This document shows, in pieces, positions 9,166 through 18,583 of a DNA stretch of 64,000 nucleotides. The translations under genes and the position numbers were made by a program. Source of the DNA: an uncultured delta proteobacterium (lineage in GTDB: Bacteria; Desulfobacterota; Binatia; UBA9968). How positions within the stretch are numbered: the stretch's first letter is position 1; the number at the start of each line of letters is the position of its first letter. The notes beneath the pieces are model-generated. The model made no database searches, was not told where the DNA came from, and was given only the letters and a program-made list of their open reading frames with translations. Where the stretch lies: assembly GCA_963840855.1 (NCBI GenBank), contig CAWJBB010000033.1, positions 10,256-74,255 of the forward strand, read 5' to 3'.

Positions 9166-10194
9166 TCATTTCTCCAGCAATCGTTTCATCCGTTCGACGA
9201 CGTCGGCGGGTTGCGCCATGACTTCGCGGGCCAGTTCTTCGAGCTCCTCGCCATGAACGGGGGCGATCTCCAATCTCCGATCTTTGGCACTGGCCTGAAA
9301 ATCCGGGTCGTTCAGAGTCTTCTTGAAAGCAGCCTGAAGAATTTTCGAGCGGTCGGGCGGTAGCCCCGGCGAACTGACGTAGGGACGGCCGAACGCCGCG
9401 ACAGCAAGGATGATCGTGGCGAGGCGTTTTCCCGCGTCTGGAGTTTTATTTTCGTTCATCAGTTCCCAAATGGTCGGAACATCGGGCAACCTCGGGTCGC
9501 GCTTTTTGCCCGTTTGCATCAATACGCGCACATAACCATTCTTGGACCAGCTGAGGAGCGGTTCGCGTCCGTATAAAGTTTCCACAGAGATACCGCGGCA
9601 AAGGACCTCTCCTCGCTCCACTGCCAGTTCGACTTCAGGACCATCCTTGTAGCCGGTGAGCGTATTGAATTTTGCGCCGAGGGTCTCCTCGAGCAGGTTT
9701 CCGAGATAGTAGCCCGTCGAAGAGGTCCCGGTGGCGCCGCATTTCGGCGGCACGGCTGCCTTACGCACGTCGTCGATCGACTTGTACGGACTGTCGGCGC
9801 GGATGTAAATGAGCTGTTCGACCTGTGTAGGACTGCCGAGCCAGGTGAACTTTGGCCAATCAAACTGAACTTGTTGCCTCTTCACCAGCTGATCGAAATA
9901 GAGCCCGCCTCGAATCCCGCCCAGGGTGAGTCCATCGGCCTTGGCGACTTTGTAAACGTAATTGGCCGCAATCATCGCCCCGGCGCCAGGCATGTTCTGG
10001 ACAATGATATTTGGATTGCCGGGAATATACTTGATCAGGTAGCGAGCGATCAAGCGCGTCCACGCGTCATCGACGCTGCCGGCGCCGTAGCCAGCGACGA
10101 TCCTGATTGTCTTCTCTTGATAGAACGGCGCTTGGGCTAGCGCGCTGAAGGGCGAAACAAAGACGAGAGCGAGAACGAAAAGGATTCTGTTCAT
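9166..10194 (-). CDS. TctC/Bug family periplasmic substrate-binding protein (paralog I, outside the array)
   Basis: Signal peptide MNRILFVLALVFVSPFSALA|QAPFYQEKT. Family motifs IVQNMPGAGAMIAANYVYKVAKADGLT, FDWPKFTWLGSP, PPKCG...GEVLCRG. GGGGAGGG RBS before the ATG at 10194. Confidence 0.85.
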   Translation of the reverse strand: MNRILFVLALVFVSPFSALAQAPFYQEKTIRIVAGYGAGSVDDAWTRLIARYLIKYIPGNPNIIVQNMPGAGAMIAANYVYKVAKADGLTLGGIRGGLYFDQLVKRQQVQFDWPKFTWLGSPTQVEQLIYIRADSPYKSIDDVRKAAVPPKCGATGTSSTGYYLGNLLEETLGAKFNTLTGYKDGPEVELAVERGEVLCRGISVETLYGREPLLSWSKNGYVRVLMQTGKKRDPRLPDVPTIWELMNENKTPDAGKRLATIILAVAAFGRPYVSSPGLPPDRSKILQAAFKKTLNDPDFQASAKDRRLEIAPVHGEELEELAREVMAQPADVVERMKRLLEK

Positions 10195-10315
10195 GGCGAC
10201 CCTCCCCTGTGCAGGTTTGTTCGGCGGGGATAATACCGGATTGCCGCGAAACATACAAGAAAGAGAGCGCGCCGTTAAAGCGAGTGAGGCGTTGGTTGTG
10301 CGGCGGAGTGGCGGG

Positions 10316-10585
10316 TTATTGGTGCCCGTTGTTGCCGTTGAGATGGGCTATGCCGAGAGGCGTAAGAGTGACTTCGGGATTGCGCAGTGTGTCGGTTCGG
10401 TGGACTTGGATAAGACCCTCAATGAGAGCATCCTCCCAAATTGTATGTCTGGGACATGTGCTTTGCCACGCGTTCATGGTTTCGTCATAGGTCCGACGGC
10501 GATCTGCGACCCAGGCAAGAAACTGCAGCATCAATAGATTAGCCGATTCAGACATACACGCCTCGCATAATCCATCTTTCGACAC
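10316..10585 (-). CDS. hypothetical protein (no domain recognised)
   Basis: 89-aa ORF, alone between two AT-rich spacers. Product ...LQFLAWVADRRRTYDETMNAWQSTCPRHTIWEDALIEGLI... The start is uncertain (M1 or M11). Confidence 0.35.
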   Translation of the reverse strand: MSKDGLCEACMSESANLLMLQFLAWVADRRRTYDETMNAWQSTCPRHTIWEDALIEGLIQVHRTDTLRNPEVTLTPLGIAHLNGNNGHQ

Positions 10586-10686
10586 TTTAACCGTGATGAA
10601 ATAATCTCAACAATTCCTATATCTTTATGTTCTATCAACTTAAGGATTAGCTTTACTTGTGGTGTAGTTGCGATAAGTTTTTGTTG

Positions 10687-11877
10687 TTAATCCCCATTCT
10701 GAGCCAGATGAAAAAACTCGATAGCATTGCCGCAGACCATCTTGTGCTTCTCGTCTTCCGGCACGCCGGCGAAGTTGCGCTCGATCACGCCCATTGAATC
10801 AGGCCAGTCCGATTCTTGGTGTGGAAAGTCGGAGCCCCACATCAAGCGTTCGACGCCGATCTTGTAGCGAAGCTCGACTCCGACCCGGTCGAATTGAAAG
10901 CCCCAGAGAAAATGCTCGCGGATGTATTCGCTGGGCGGACGGTTGAGCGGCTTGAAGCCTAGCAGGCGCTCGGCCCAGTGGTGATGTCGGTCGTAGCGCA
11001 CGTCGCAGCCCTGCAGAAAAAACGGAATCCAGCCGATCTGATTCTCGGCGAAAAAGATTTTCAGCTTCGGAAAGCGGTCGAAGAGCCCTGACAACACCCA
11101 CTGCACCGCGGGGATCGCACCGCAGCCGCGCTCCGGACCGAAGCGGCTTGCCTGGTAGACGAGGTCCTGGTTGAGTTTTTTCATGATCTCTTCGGGCTCA
11201 TGCGGGTATTTAAAGAGCGGGCCTTTGCGTTCGCCGCTGCGGTCGAGGTCCACATGCACGCTAACGGGTACATGCATGTCCAGCGCCGCCGACCAGAAGC
11301 GGTCGTCTTCCTCTGAAGGGTAGGCTTTCCCGCTTGGCAGGCCTTGAAGCAAGACGGTCTTGAATCCCGCCTTGGCGCAGAAATCCATTTCAGTGATGAC
11401 GTCGGCAAGCTCGCACCCCAGCGGCAGGATGCCGACGCCAATAAGCCGCTCCGGATCGACCGCGCAGTACTCTTCCGCGAGCCAGCTGTTGTAAGCCCGG
11501 ACGACCGCTTTGTAAGCGTCGTTGTCTTCAACGCGCCGCCAGAATTTAGGCCCGCCTTGCTGGGAGGGAAAGAGCACTTCGGCGTCGATACCGTCTCGGT
11601 CTTGTTCCTGAATCCGTTGTTGCGGGCTTCCTGTTCCCGGCGTGCCTTCGTATCTCCCGCCGAACGGCACGTAAGCATCACGGCCCCTGCCACCGTAGAG
11701 ATCAGCAGCGGCGGCCGGTCGAAAGATTTTGTCGCCGATCGTCCACTTGTCGCTGTCGTCGGGCTGGCGCACTAATCGCGGCGCCTGGTCGCGAAATTTC
11801 CCCGGGACGCGATTGATCCAATGCTTCGAGTCAATTTCCAGGTGCGAGTCGCCAGAAATGTAATGGTACTTCTTCAT
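10687..11877 (-). CDS. amidohydrolase_2 family metal-dependent hydrolase/decarboxylase (ACMSD/LigW-like)
   Basis: N-terminal metal motif ISGDSHLE and C-terminal MWGSDFPHQE. 396 aa, the typical TIM-barrel amidohydrolase_2 length. Confidence 0.85.
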   Translation of the reverse strand: MKKYHYISGDSHLEIDSKHWINRVPGKFRDQAPRLVRQPDDSDKWTIGDKIFRPAAAADLYGGRGRDAYVPFGGRYEGTPGTGSPQQRIQEQDRDGIDAEVLFPSQQGGPKFWRRVEDNDAYKAVVRAYNSWLAEEYCAVDPERLIGVGILPLGCELADVITEMDFCAKAGFKTVLLQGLPSGKAYPSEEDDRFWSAALDMHVPVSVHVDLDRSGERKGPLFKYPHEPEEIMKKLNQDLVYQASRFGPERGCGAIPAVQWVLSGLFDRFPKLKIFFAENQIGWIPFFLQGCDVRYDRHHHWAERLLGFKPLNRPPSEYIREHFLWGFQFDRVGVELRYKIGVERLMWGSDFPHQESDWPDSMGVIERNFAGVPEDEKHKMVCGNAIEFFHLAQNGD

Positions 11878-12477
11878 TACAATGCACTCTCCCGTATTGG
11901 CCTAATTGGAACTGTGAATAGTTCGAGCAGCTCCAAGCGTTCAAGCGCTTCATGCCGCTAATTTCGCTCAACTCGTAAGCCGAAATCATTTGTGGCGATC
12001 TTAACCAAATAAACCAGCCCTGCCAAGTGAGGAACCAGTAAACCTGTAGCGTATGGCTCCCGGTCGCAGGGCTTGCCCGGTAATCTTGCGCCCATCATCA
12101 CCAAGTTCGCCGAAAATAGGAAAATTAATGATCCGCGTCAACACAGGAAATCCGGTTGACATGATCGGCCGTTATTCACTACTCTCCGGTCAATCTGGCT
12201 AGGATGACAAATCGGTCGTCTCGGAGGGTGAACGATAGTATCGACGCGGCAACTTCATGGCCGATTTCACCAGCGTGCTGGATGGCCTGGTGCCGAGCGA
12301 GTCAATCATGGCACTGATCTGGCGCGGGCCGAATCGGGAGCTGGCGAACGGCTCCCCTCCGTTCGCTAGTCATTCAATGCCGCCGCGACTGTTGGAGATT
12401 TCCGAGAAATAGAAAACTGCATTGAACGAGGCTCGTGGAAGGATCTCGAAGCGAATTCAAAATAGCGAGGATTTGCC

Positions 12478-13593
12478 ATGCAAATACGAGCGGACAATGT
12501 GGGCAGTCTTTTGCGCCCGCCGGAGCTGTTGGAGGCGCGGGCGGCGCTGCGCGAAGGACGCATAGATCGTAATCAAGCGCGCGCAGTCGAGGACCGCGCG
12601 ATTCTTACGGCGCTCGAACTTCAGAAGTCGGTGGGCATTGATGTCCTCACTGACGGCGAGTACCGGCGAGATATTTTTACGGCGGACATTACACGGGCAG
12701 TGGAGGGACTCGTGCCGGGCAAGCCGACCGTGAGTTTTCAATGGCGTGGGGCCGGAAGCGAACTGGCGAAGGAATCGAAGGAGGGCAACCTGCAGCTTGT
12801 CGTTGGCGGCAAGCTTGCGAAGAAAGGCCGGCTCACTCCGGACGAGGCGCCGTTTCTCAAGCAGCATGCGCCGGGTCCGTTCAAAGTTTGTACGCCGGCG
12901 GCGATGCAGCACGCCATCAGCCGATACAAACCTGGAGTAACGGATAAATTTTATCCGACGATTCATGAGATGCTGCACGATGTCGCGGCGATCATGCGCG
13001 ACGAAGTGCAGGCGCTGATCGACGAAGGCGCTTCCTATGTGCAAATGGATGCGCCGTCTTATTCGACGTTCTTCGATCCGAACCGGCGGGAGACCCTCAA
13101 GCAGAGCGGCGTGGATACGGATGCGGCCTTCGATGCCGCCCTCGCGGCGGACAATGCCATGATCCAGGGCATCAAGCGCAGCCCTGAGGTGGTAACGGCG
13201 ATTCACTTCTGTCGCGGCAACAAACGCAGCTCGTGGGGCGCCGAGGGCGGCTACGAGCCTATTGCGGAGAAAGCTTTTGGCTCGCTCAAGATGGATCGAT
13301 TTCTCTTGGAATTTGATAGCGACCGCGCCGGTGGTTTCGAGCCGCTGCGCTTCGTGCCCAAAGGCAAGACCGTCGTGCTCGGGTTAGTCACGACCAAATT
13401 CCCGCAATTGGAGTCCGAAGATGAGTTGTTGCGGCGGATCGAACAGGCTGCGAAGTACGTGCCGACGGAAAATCTTGCCATCAGCACGCAGTGTGGTTTC
13501 GCCTCGGCCGCCTCTGGTAATCTCATCACATGGGACGACATGAAGCGGAAACTCGAACTGGTGGTGAAAATCGCGCGCCGGGTGTGGGGATGA
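12478..13593 (+). CDS. cobalamin-independent methionine synthase (MetE C-terminal-domain-like) family protein
   Basis: VGSLLRPPELLEAR...VLTDGEYRR..., Zn-ligand contexts AIHFCRGN and AISTQCGFAS. 371 aa. Confidence 0.85.
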   Translation: MQIRADNVGSLLRPPELLEARAALREGRIDRNQARAVEDRAILTALELQKSVGIDVLTDGEYRRDIFTADITRAVEGLVPGKPTVSFQWRGAGSELAKESKEGNLQLVVGGKLAKKGRLTPDEAPFLKQHAPGPFKVCTPAAMQHAISRYKPGVTDKFYPTIHEMLHDVAAIMRDEVQALIDEGASYVQMDAPSYSTFFDPNRRETLKQSGVDTDAAFDAALAADNAMIQGIKRSPEVVTAIHFCRGNKRSSWGAEGGYEPIAEKAFGSLKMDRFLLEFDSDRAGGFEPLRFVPKGKTVVLGLVTTKFPQLESEDELLRRIEQAAKYVPTENLAISTQCGFASAASGNLITWDDMKRKLELVVKIARRVWG

Positions 13594-13701
13594 ATGAATC
13601 GTTCAAACCATAAGCCCTGGACAATTTCCAGACTTCCGGTCTAAAAAAGGGTATCTCGAAGAAAACGAACCGACGAAGCGTGATTACATGGAGGAGGACA
13701 A

Positions 13702-15925
13702 ATGACGCAGGTTGTAGGCAAATCAACGCCGAGGGTCGAGGGCGAGTTAAAGGTTACGGGAAAGGCGCTTTATAGCGGCGATGTGCAACTGCCGGACAAC
13801 GCTTTGGGGAATGTGTCTCAGAAGCCCGATCCCATACGGGCGCATTAAGAAGATCGACTATCGCAAGGCGCTGCAACTACCGGGGGTGAAGGCCGTCATC
13901 ACCGGCGAAGACGTCACGGGACTCAGAATCGGCCGCTGCATATATGACACGCCGGTCATGGCGGATGGCGTTGTCCGGTTCATCGGCGAGAAGGTCGCCG
14001 CGGTGGCGGCGGAGACGAAGCAGGCCGCGGAACAGGCGCTGGACTTGATCGAGGTCGAATACGAGGAAATGGAACCGCTAGTCGATCCGGAACAAGCCAC
14101 CAAAGACGGTTCGCCGATTCTCCATCCCGATCTTCTGTCTTACCGAGGCTTGCCGGTGCCCGTGGAAAAACTCGGCAACGTGTTCGCCTACCTCAAGTGG
14201 GGCAAGGGCGATCTCGAAGAGGGGTTTAAGCGAGCCGATCTAGTCGTAGAGAATACTTTTACGACCCAGGTAACCCATCAATCCTATCTGGAACCCCACG
14301 CCTGCGTGGTCGATACGCATCCTGACGGCAGCGCGGATGTCTGGTCATGCAGCAAGACGCCGTTCGCGGTGCGCGGGCAGCTCTCCAACTGCATAGGCGT
14401 CGAGAAAGAAAAATTGATTTTCCATCCGATCCACATCGGCGGCGATTTTGGCGGCAAGGGCGGATTCATGGACGTGCCCGCCGCCTATTTTCTGTCGAAG
14501 AAGAGCGGCCAGCCGGTAAAGATGATCATGGACTACACCGAGGAGTTGACGGCGGGCAATCCGCGCCACCCGTCGATCATCAAAGTCAAAACCGGGGTGA
14601 AAAAGGATGGCACCATTACCGCGCACCACATGGATTTTCTCTTCGACAGCGGCGCCTACGGCTCGATGAAACCGGCGGGTTATCTGATCGGCGCTTCTAC
14701 CTGCGCCGGGCCGTACAAAATCGACAACTGTTTGATTGAAGAGAGAATGGTTTACACGAACAAGATTCCCTGCGGCCATATGCGCGCGCCGGGTGATCCC
14801 CAGGGCTTCTTCGCCAACGAAAGCCAGATGGATATCGTGGCGCGCAGGCTCGGCATGGACCCGGCGGCGTTCAAGCGCAAGAATATGCTGAAGGACGGCG
14901 ACGAGACGCCCATCGGCGGCCATGTTTCTCACATACGCGGCAATGAGGCTTTGGGAAAAGCGATCGAGCTGGCGGGCTATAATAATCCGAAGCCTAAGAA
15001 CGTCGGACGCGGTCTGGCGTTTTCCGAATGGAGCCCAAACGGCGGCGAGGGCAACGTCTTCGTCACCATCGATAAAAAAGGTCGCGTGAACGTCGAAACT
15101 CCGGTCGTGGACCAGGGCGCGGGCGTTCTTACGGTTATCGTCGAAGTTGTCGGCGAGGAGCTTAAAGTGCCCGCCGATCAAATCGGTATGACGCAGCTCG
15201 ACAGCACGTCGGTGCCCAGCGATGGCGGCGTGGGCGGCAGCCGCGCGACTCGAGTCTATGGCAACGCCTCTTATGAAGCCGGCGTTAAAGCGCGCGGCGA
15301 ACTTATCGCGGTGGCGGCGCGGACCCTTGGCGTGGACTCGGGCGAACTGGAGTTGGCGCAGGGCGCAGTGGTGCACAAGAGATCGAAACGCAAACTAAGT
15401 TTTGCCGACATCGTCAAAGCCTACGGATCGCCGCTCACGGTCAAAGGCTACTATAAGAGCTCGGAGAAATCCCACGACGCGTCGGTCTCCGCGCAGATCT
15501 GTGAAGTGCATGTCGATCCGGAGACCGGCCAGATTACGCTACGAAACATGATCTCCGCGCACACCACCGGCAAGGTCATCAATCCGCTAATGCACCAGGG
15601 GCAAATCGATGGCGGCGTGGTGTTCGGTCTGGGTTACGCTCTCACCGAAGAAATCAATTTTGACGGCGCCAAAATCACAACGACAAATTTCGGTGAATTC
15701 AAAATTCCCAACATCAAGGACATCCCGCCGCTGAAAACTCACGTCGCGGAAAACGTGCCGAGCGGACCGGGACCCTATAATAGTCTGGCGATCGGCGAGG
15801 TGGCGAATACACCGACGGCGGCGGCGGTGGCCAACGCGGTGGCGGATGCGTGCGGCGTACGGATTACCGACTTGCCGGTTACATCGGAGAAAGTTTATCA
15901 GGCGCTGAAAGCAAGGTACGCGTGA
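13702..15925 (+). CDS. xanthine dehydrogenase/aldehyde oxidase family molybdopterin-binding large subunit, with a 5' frame break (as assembled)
   Basis: GGAGGAGG, then the ATG at 13702 gives MTQVVGKSTPRVEGELKVTGKALYSGDVQLPD. The family sequence continues (T)LWGMCLRSPIPYGRIKKID... in the +1 frame (track ORF 13781..15925). The shift maps to about 13798 (AA run). Confidence 0.85.
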
Positions 15926-15950
15926 ACATTAAAACCTGTTTCGATTTTTG

Positions 15951-16010
15951 GGTTTCGCGTTTCGCGTTCAACTCGAAACTCGAGACGCGGAACTCGAAAC
16001 CGCGAAGCGA
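15951..16010. repeat. tandem/inverted heptamer repeat (TTTCGCG / CTCGAAA / CGCGAAG) in the spacer before the BNR gene
   Basis: ggtttcgcgtttcgcgttcaactcgaaactcgagacgcggaactcgaaaccgcgaagcga. GGTTTCG (15951-15957) pairs with CGAAACC (15995-16001), and several alternative pairings exist. Confidence 0.7.
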
Positions 16011-16021
16011 GGGAGGTATCT

Positions 16022-17098
16022 ATGGCTGAAACACTACGCTACTACATTGCCCATAACGGCGGGCTCAACGTCATGCGGCCGCAGGGGGATTCATTCAACA
16101 CCGTCGGTGAATTTTTTCACGGTAAGACTTTGGAGCATATCATCGGCGGCATCAACAGACCGGAACTGCTTTTTGCCGCGGTGGCGTTCGATGGCGGCTA
16201 TCGCTCCGAAGATGGCGGTAAAAATTGGACGAAGATCATGGCAGGGGATGTGCGCACGTTTACGGTGGACCCCCATGATGAGCGCGTCATCTACATGGGA
16301 ATCGGCCCTATTCGTCTTTTCCGGAGCGAAGACTCGGGAAAAACCTGGGAGCCGTTGGATGGCATGCTCGCCTTGTCCGACAACGTGAAGAAGAAATGGG
16401 ACGTGCCGGCACGGTTGCGCGGCGTTGAGTTTCCCCACGTGCGCCATATCTTCATTCACCCCGAAGATCAGAATCTCATTTGGGTCTTGCTTGAACACGG
16501 CGGCAATCTGCTGAGCCGTGATCGCGGCCAAAATTGGGAAGATCGCAGCGACGGCATCGACTACGTGGACATGCACTACATCGAAAATTACCCTGGCAGC
16601 AAAGAGCGCTTCTACGTCTCATCCGCTCGCGGTTTCTTCCGCACAGACGACGCCGGAAAGCAGTGGCGCCGCGCCGAGACCGGCATGCCCTGGGGGTATA
16701 CTGAGTTGCATAGTTATTCCCATGAATGGCACTTCATGCCGGGCGATACGCCGCGCATGGTTCTCTGCGGTGGCAAGGGTTCGCCGGGCGTGTGGTCACG
16801 AGAAAAAACGACGCCTCTAGGTCACATCCTCCTCAGCGACGACGGCGGGGAGAACTGGCGCATTTCCGCCAACGGGTTGGAAAAAGAAAATCCCTATATG
16901 CCCTGGGTGCTGCTGCATCATCCGCTCGATAGGAACGCGCTCTTTTGCGGCATGGGCGACGGCTCGCGCGGTTACGGCTTTGACGCGAGAATCAAAGGAA
17001 AAGGCGCATTCTACGTCAGTCGCGACCGCGGCGACTCCTGGGAGCCGGTACTCAAAGACGCGCCGTCGATTCTGACGGCGTGGGTTGCACCAAATTAA
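16022..17098 (+). CDS. BNR/Asp-box repeat beta-propeller protein (sialidase/Ycf48-like fold), no signal peptide
   Basis: Six SxDxGxxW-type Asp-boxes: SEDGGKNW, SEDSGKTW, SRDRGQNW, TDDAGKQW, SDDGGENW, SRDRGDSW. GGGAGG RBS. Confidence 0.8.
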   Translation: MAETLRYYIAHNGGLNVMRPQGDSFNTVGEFFHGKTLEHIIGGINRPELLFAAVAFDGGYRSEDGGKNWTKIMAGDVRTFTVDPHDERVIYMGIGPIRLFRSEDSGKTWEPLDGMLALSDNVKKKWDVPARLRGVEFPHVRHIFIHPEDQNLIWVLLEHGGNLLSRDRGQNWEDRSDGIDYVDMHYIENYPGSKERFYVSSARGFFRTDDAGKQWRRAETGMPWGYTELHSYSHEWHFMPGDTPRMVLCGGKGSPGVWSREKTTPLGHILLSDDGGENWRISANGLEKENPYMPWVLLHHPLDRNALFCGMGDGSRGYGFDARIKGKGAFYVSRDRGDSWEPVLKDAPSILTAWVAPN

Positions 17099-17106
17099 AA
17101 AAGGCG

Positions 17107-17141
17107 TAACGACAAAGAGCGCATTAATACGGCGCGCAGCC
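17107..17141. repeat. 35-nt dispersed repeat, copy 1 (partner at 21722-21756)
   Basis: taacgacaaagagcgcattaatacggcgcgcagcc versus taaccacaaaggacacatttatactgcgcgcagcc, 29/35 identical by hand alignment. Confidence 0.7.
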
Positions 17142-17214
17142 GGGACCTAAGATTTCGGACTTGGAACTGGGACTCCTCAGACAGGCATAACGGAATTTTC
17201 ACAAGTCATTTGAA

Positions 17215-17264
17215 GGAGTCTCTTCCGTTCGTCCGAAGGGTCGAAGGACTCCGGCGAAGTTTTT
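17215..17264 (+). terminator. possible intrinsic terminator between convergent genes
   Basis: GGAGTCTCTTC (17215-17225) pairs with GAAGGACTCC (17243-17252) with 1 mismatch. TTTTT follows at 17260-17264 after a 7-nt gap, so it is not a canonical layout. Confidence 0.3.
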
Positions 17265-17278
17265 CAGCAGCCTGCTAA

Positions 17279-18400
17279 CTAATACCCGAAGCCGTAGAGC
17301 CGGGCGCAGTTATCCCACAAATATTTCCTTTTTGTCTGTTCGCTGAATGGGAGTCTTAAGAAACTCTCTACGGCGTGGGGGTATTTCACGTCGAGATGCG
17401 GGTAATCGGTTGAGAAGACGATGTTGTCTTCCAGGCCGAAATCCGGAATATTCTTCGCCACGACTTCGTCGCATTCAACTGAACCCCAGCACTGGCGCTG
17501 GAAGTATTCCAGCGGTTCGAGCTTCATTTCCGGGTGTTCGGCCGCGCCGGTTAGCTCGGCGTATTCACCCATGCGCCAGAGGAGCCAGGGAATCCAGGCG
17601 CAGTTGCCTTCCAAAAACGCGACTTTCAATTTTGGAAAACGTTCCATGACACCGCCGTAGATCATGTCGGCGCAGGCAAACATGTTGGCCATCGGGAACG
17701 ACAGCGTGTTGAACATGGCGAAGCTTGGGATGAATTCAGAGATCGCCGGTTGCGGCAGGAAAACGCGCCCGGCTTCATGGAAGCCGACGGGAATTCCCAG
17801 CTTCTGGCATTCCTCCCACAGTGGATCGTAGTAGGGATCGCTCCACATTCTGCCGTTGACGTGATTGGGACGCACGAGAATGCTGCGAAAGCCAAGCTCC
17901 GTCACGACGCGGCGGGTTTCTTGCACGGCCGACGAGACATCATGCGGCGCGACTATCGCCGCGCCGAACATCCGGTCGGGAGCGGCTTTGCAAAAATCAT
18001 ACAGCCAGTCGTTATACCCCTTGGCGATGGCGGCGGCGAGTTCCGGGTCCAATCCGTCGACAGCGAGTACGAACAGCCCGCGGCTCGGATAGAGAATAGC
18101 GACGTCAAGTCCTTCTTTGTCCATTGCCTTCAGTTGTGCCACGTTGTCAAACCCGCGGGCTTCTTCCTCGGGATAACGTTCATTGAGTATCTTCTCGCGG
18201 ATCGGTCCGAGCGCCGGACTCGACTTTGGCGCTGGGCGCGGCATGATCTTGCCATCGACCTCCACGCCGAGGTCCCGTTTGTGCCGGTTGAGGCCGACAG
18301 GCGCGCGACCGAGGAATTTCTTGTCGATGTAGTTTTGCCATAGATCGCAGGGTTCCATGACATGCATGTCGGAATCCATCGCTTTGAAACCGTTTTTCAT
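17279..18400 (-). CDS. amidohydrolase_2 family metal-dependent hydrolase/decarboxylase
   Basis: AMDSDMHVMEP near the N-terminus and VFSTDYPHLD near the C-terminus. 373 aa. Confidence 0.85.
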   Translation of the reverse strand: MKNGFKAMDSDMHVMEPCDLWQNYIDKKFLGRAPVGLNRHKRDLGVEVDGKIMPRPAPKSSPALGPIREKILNERYPEEEARGFDNVAQLKAMDKEGLDVAILYPSRGLFVLAVDGLDPELAAAIAKGYNDWLYDFCKAAPDRMFGAAIVAPHDVSSAVQETRRVVTELGFRSILVRPNHVNGRMWSDPYYDPLWEECQKLGIPVGFHEAGRVFLPQPAISEFIPSFAMFNTLSFPMANMFACADMIYGGVMERFPKLKVAFLEGNCAWIPWLLWRMGEYAELTGAAEHPEMKLEPLEYFQRQCWGSVECDEVVAKNIPDFGLEDNIVFSTDYPHLDVKYPHAVESFLRLPFSEQTKRKYLWDNCARLYGFGY

Positions 18401-18583
18401 GGGAGTCTCCTGAACCTTGGTTCGATCTGCAACGATCCTATCAAAGCTGGCCGCCGGGGTTCAAACGGGCGATTTGGGACGAGGCGTGATGGCAATATGT
18501 AGGGATAGGTCCCGTTCCCCTCTTTTGGGCAACCACGGGGGTTGCGCCTACGATTTTTCGCCAAATTAAACCGCCGCTCCTAC

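Noticed and set aside
11878-12477. A cobalamin or SAM riboswitch in the 600-nt leader of the MetE-like gene.
   Set aside because: I found no B12-box (GCCACTG-like) and no convincing conserved core. Only a weak GAGGAAC..AAACCTG resemblance and a generic GGGAGC/GCTCCC hairpin (about 12335-12355) are present. Infernal/Rfam would be needed to exclude a riboswitch formally.
12457-13206. Long antisense or alternative-frame ORFs opposite well-supported genes. Examples are 12457-13206, 14345-15376, 7967-8674, 19295-19963, 20369-21220, 23168-24037, 26305-26871, 35515-36204, 38472-39158, 46868-47533, 53790-54566 and 61742-62515.
   Set aside because: Their products are low-complexity and Arg/Ala/Gly/Pro-rich with no recognisable motifs. 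Each lies entirely within a gene whose product has clear family signatures. They are standard shadow ORFs of GC-rich coding sequence.
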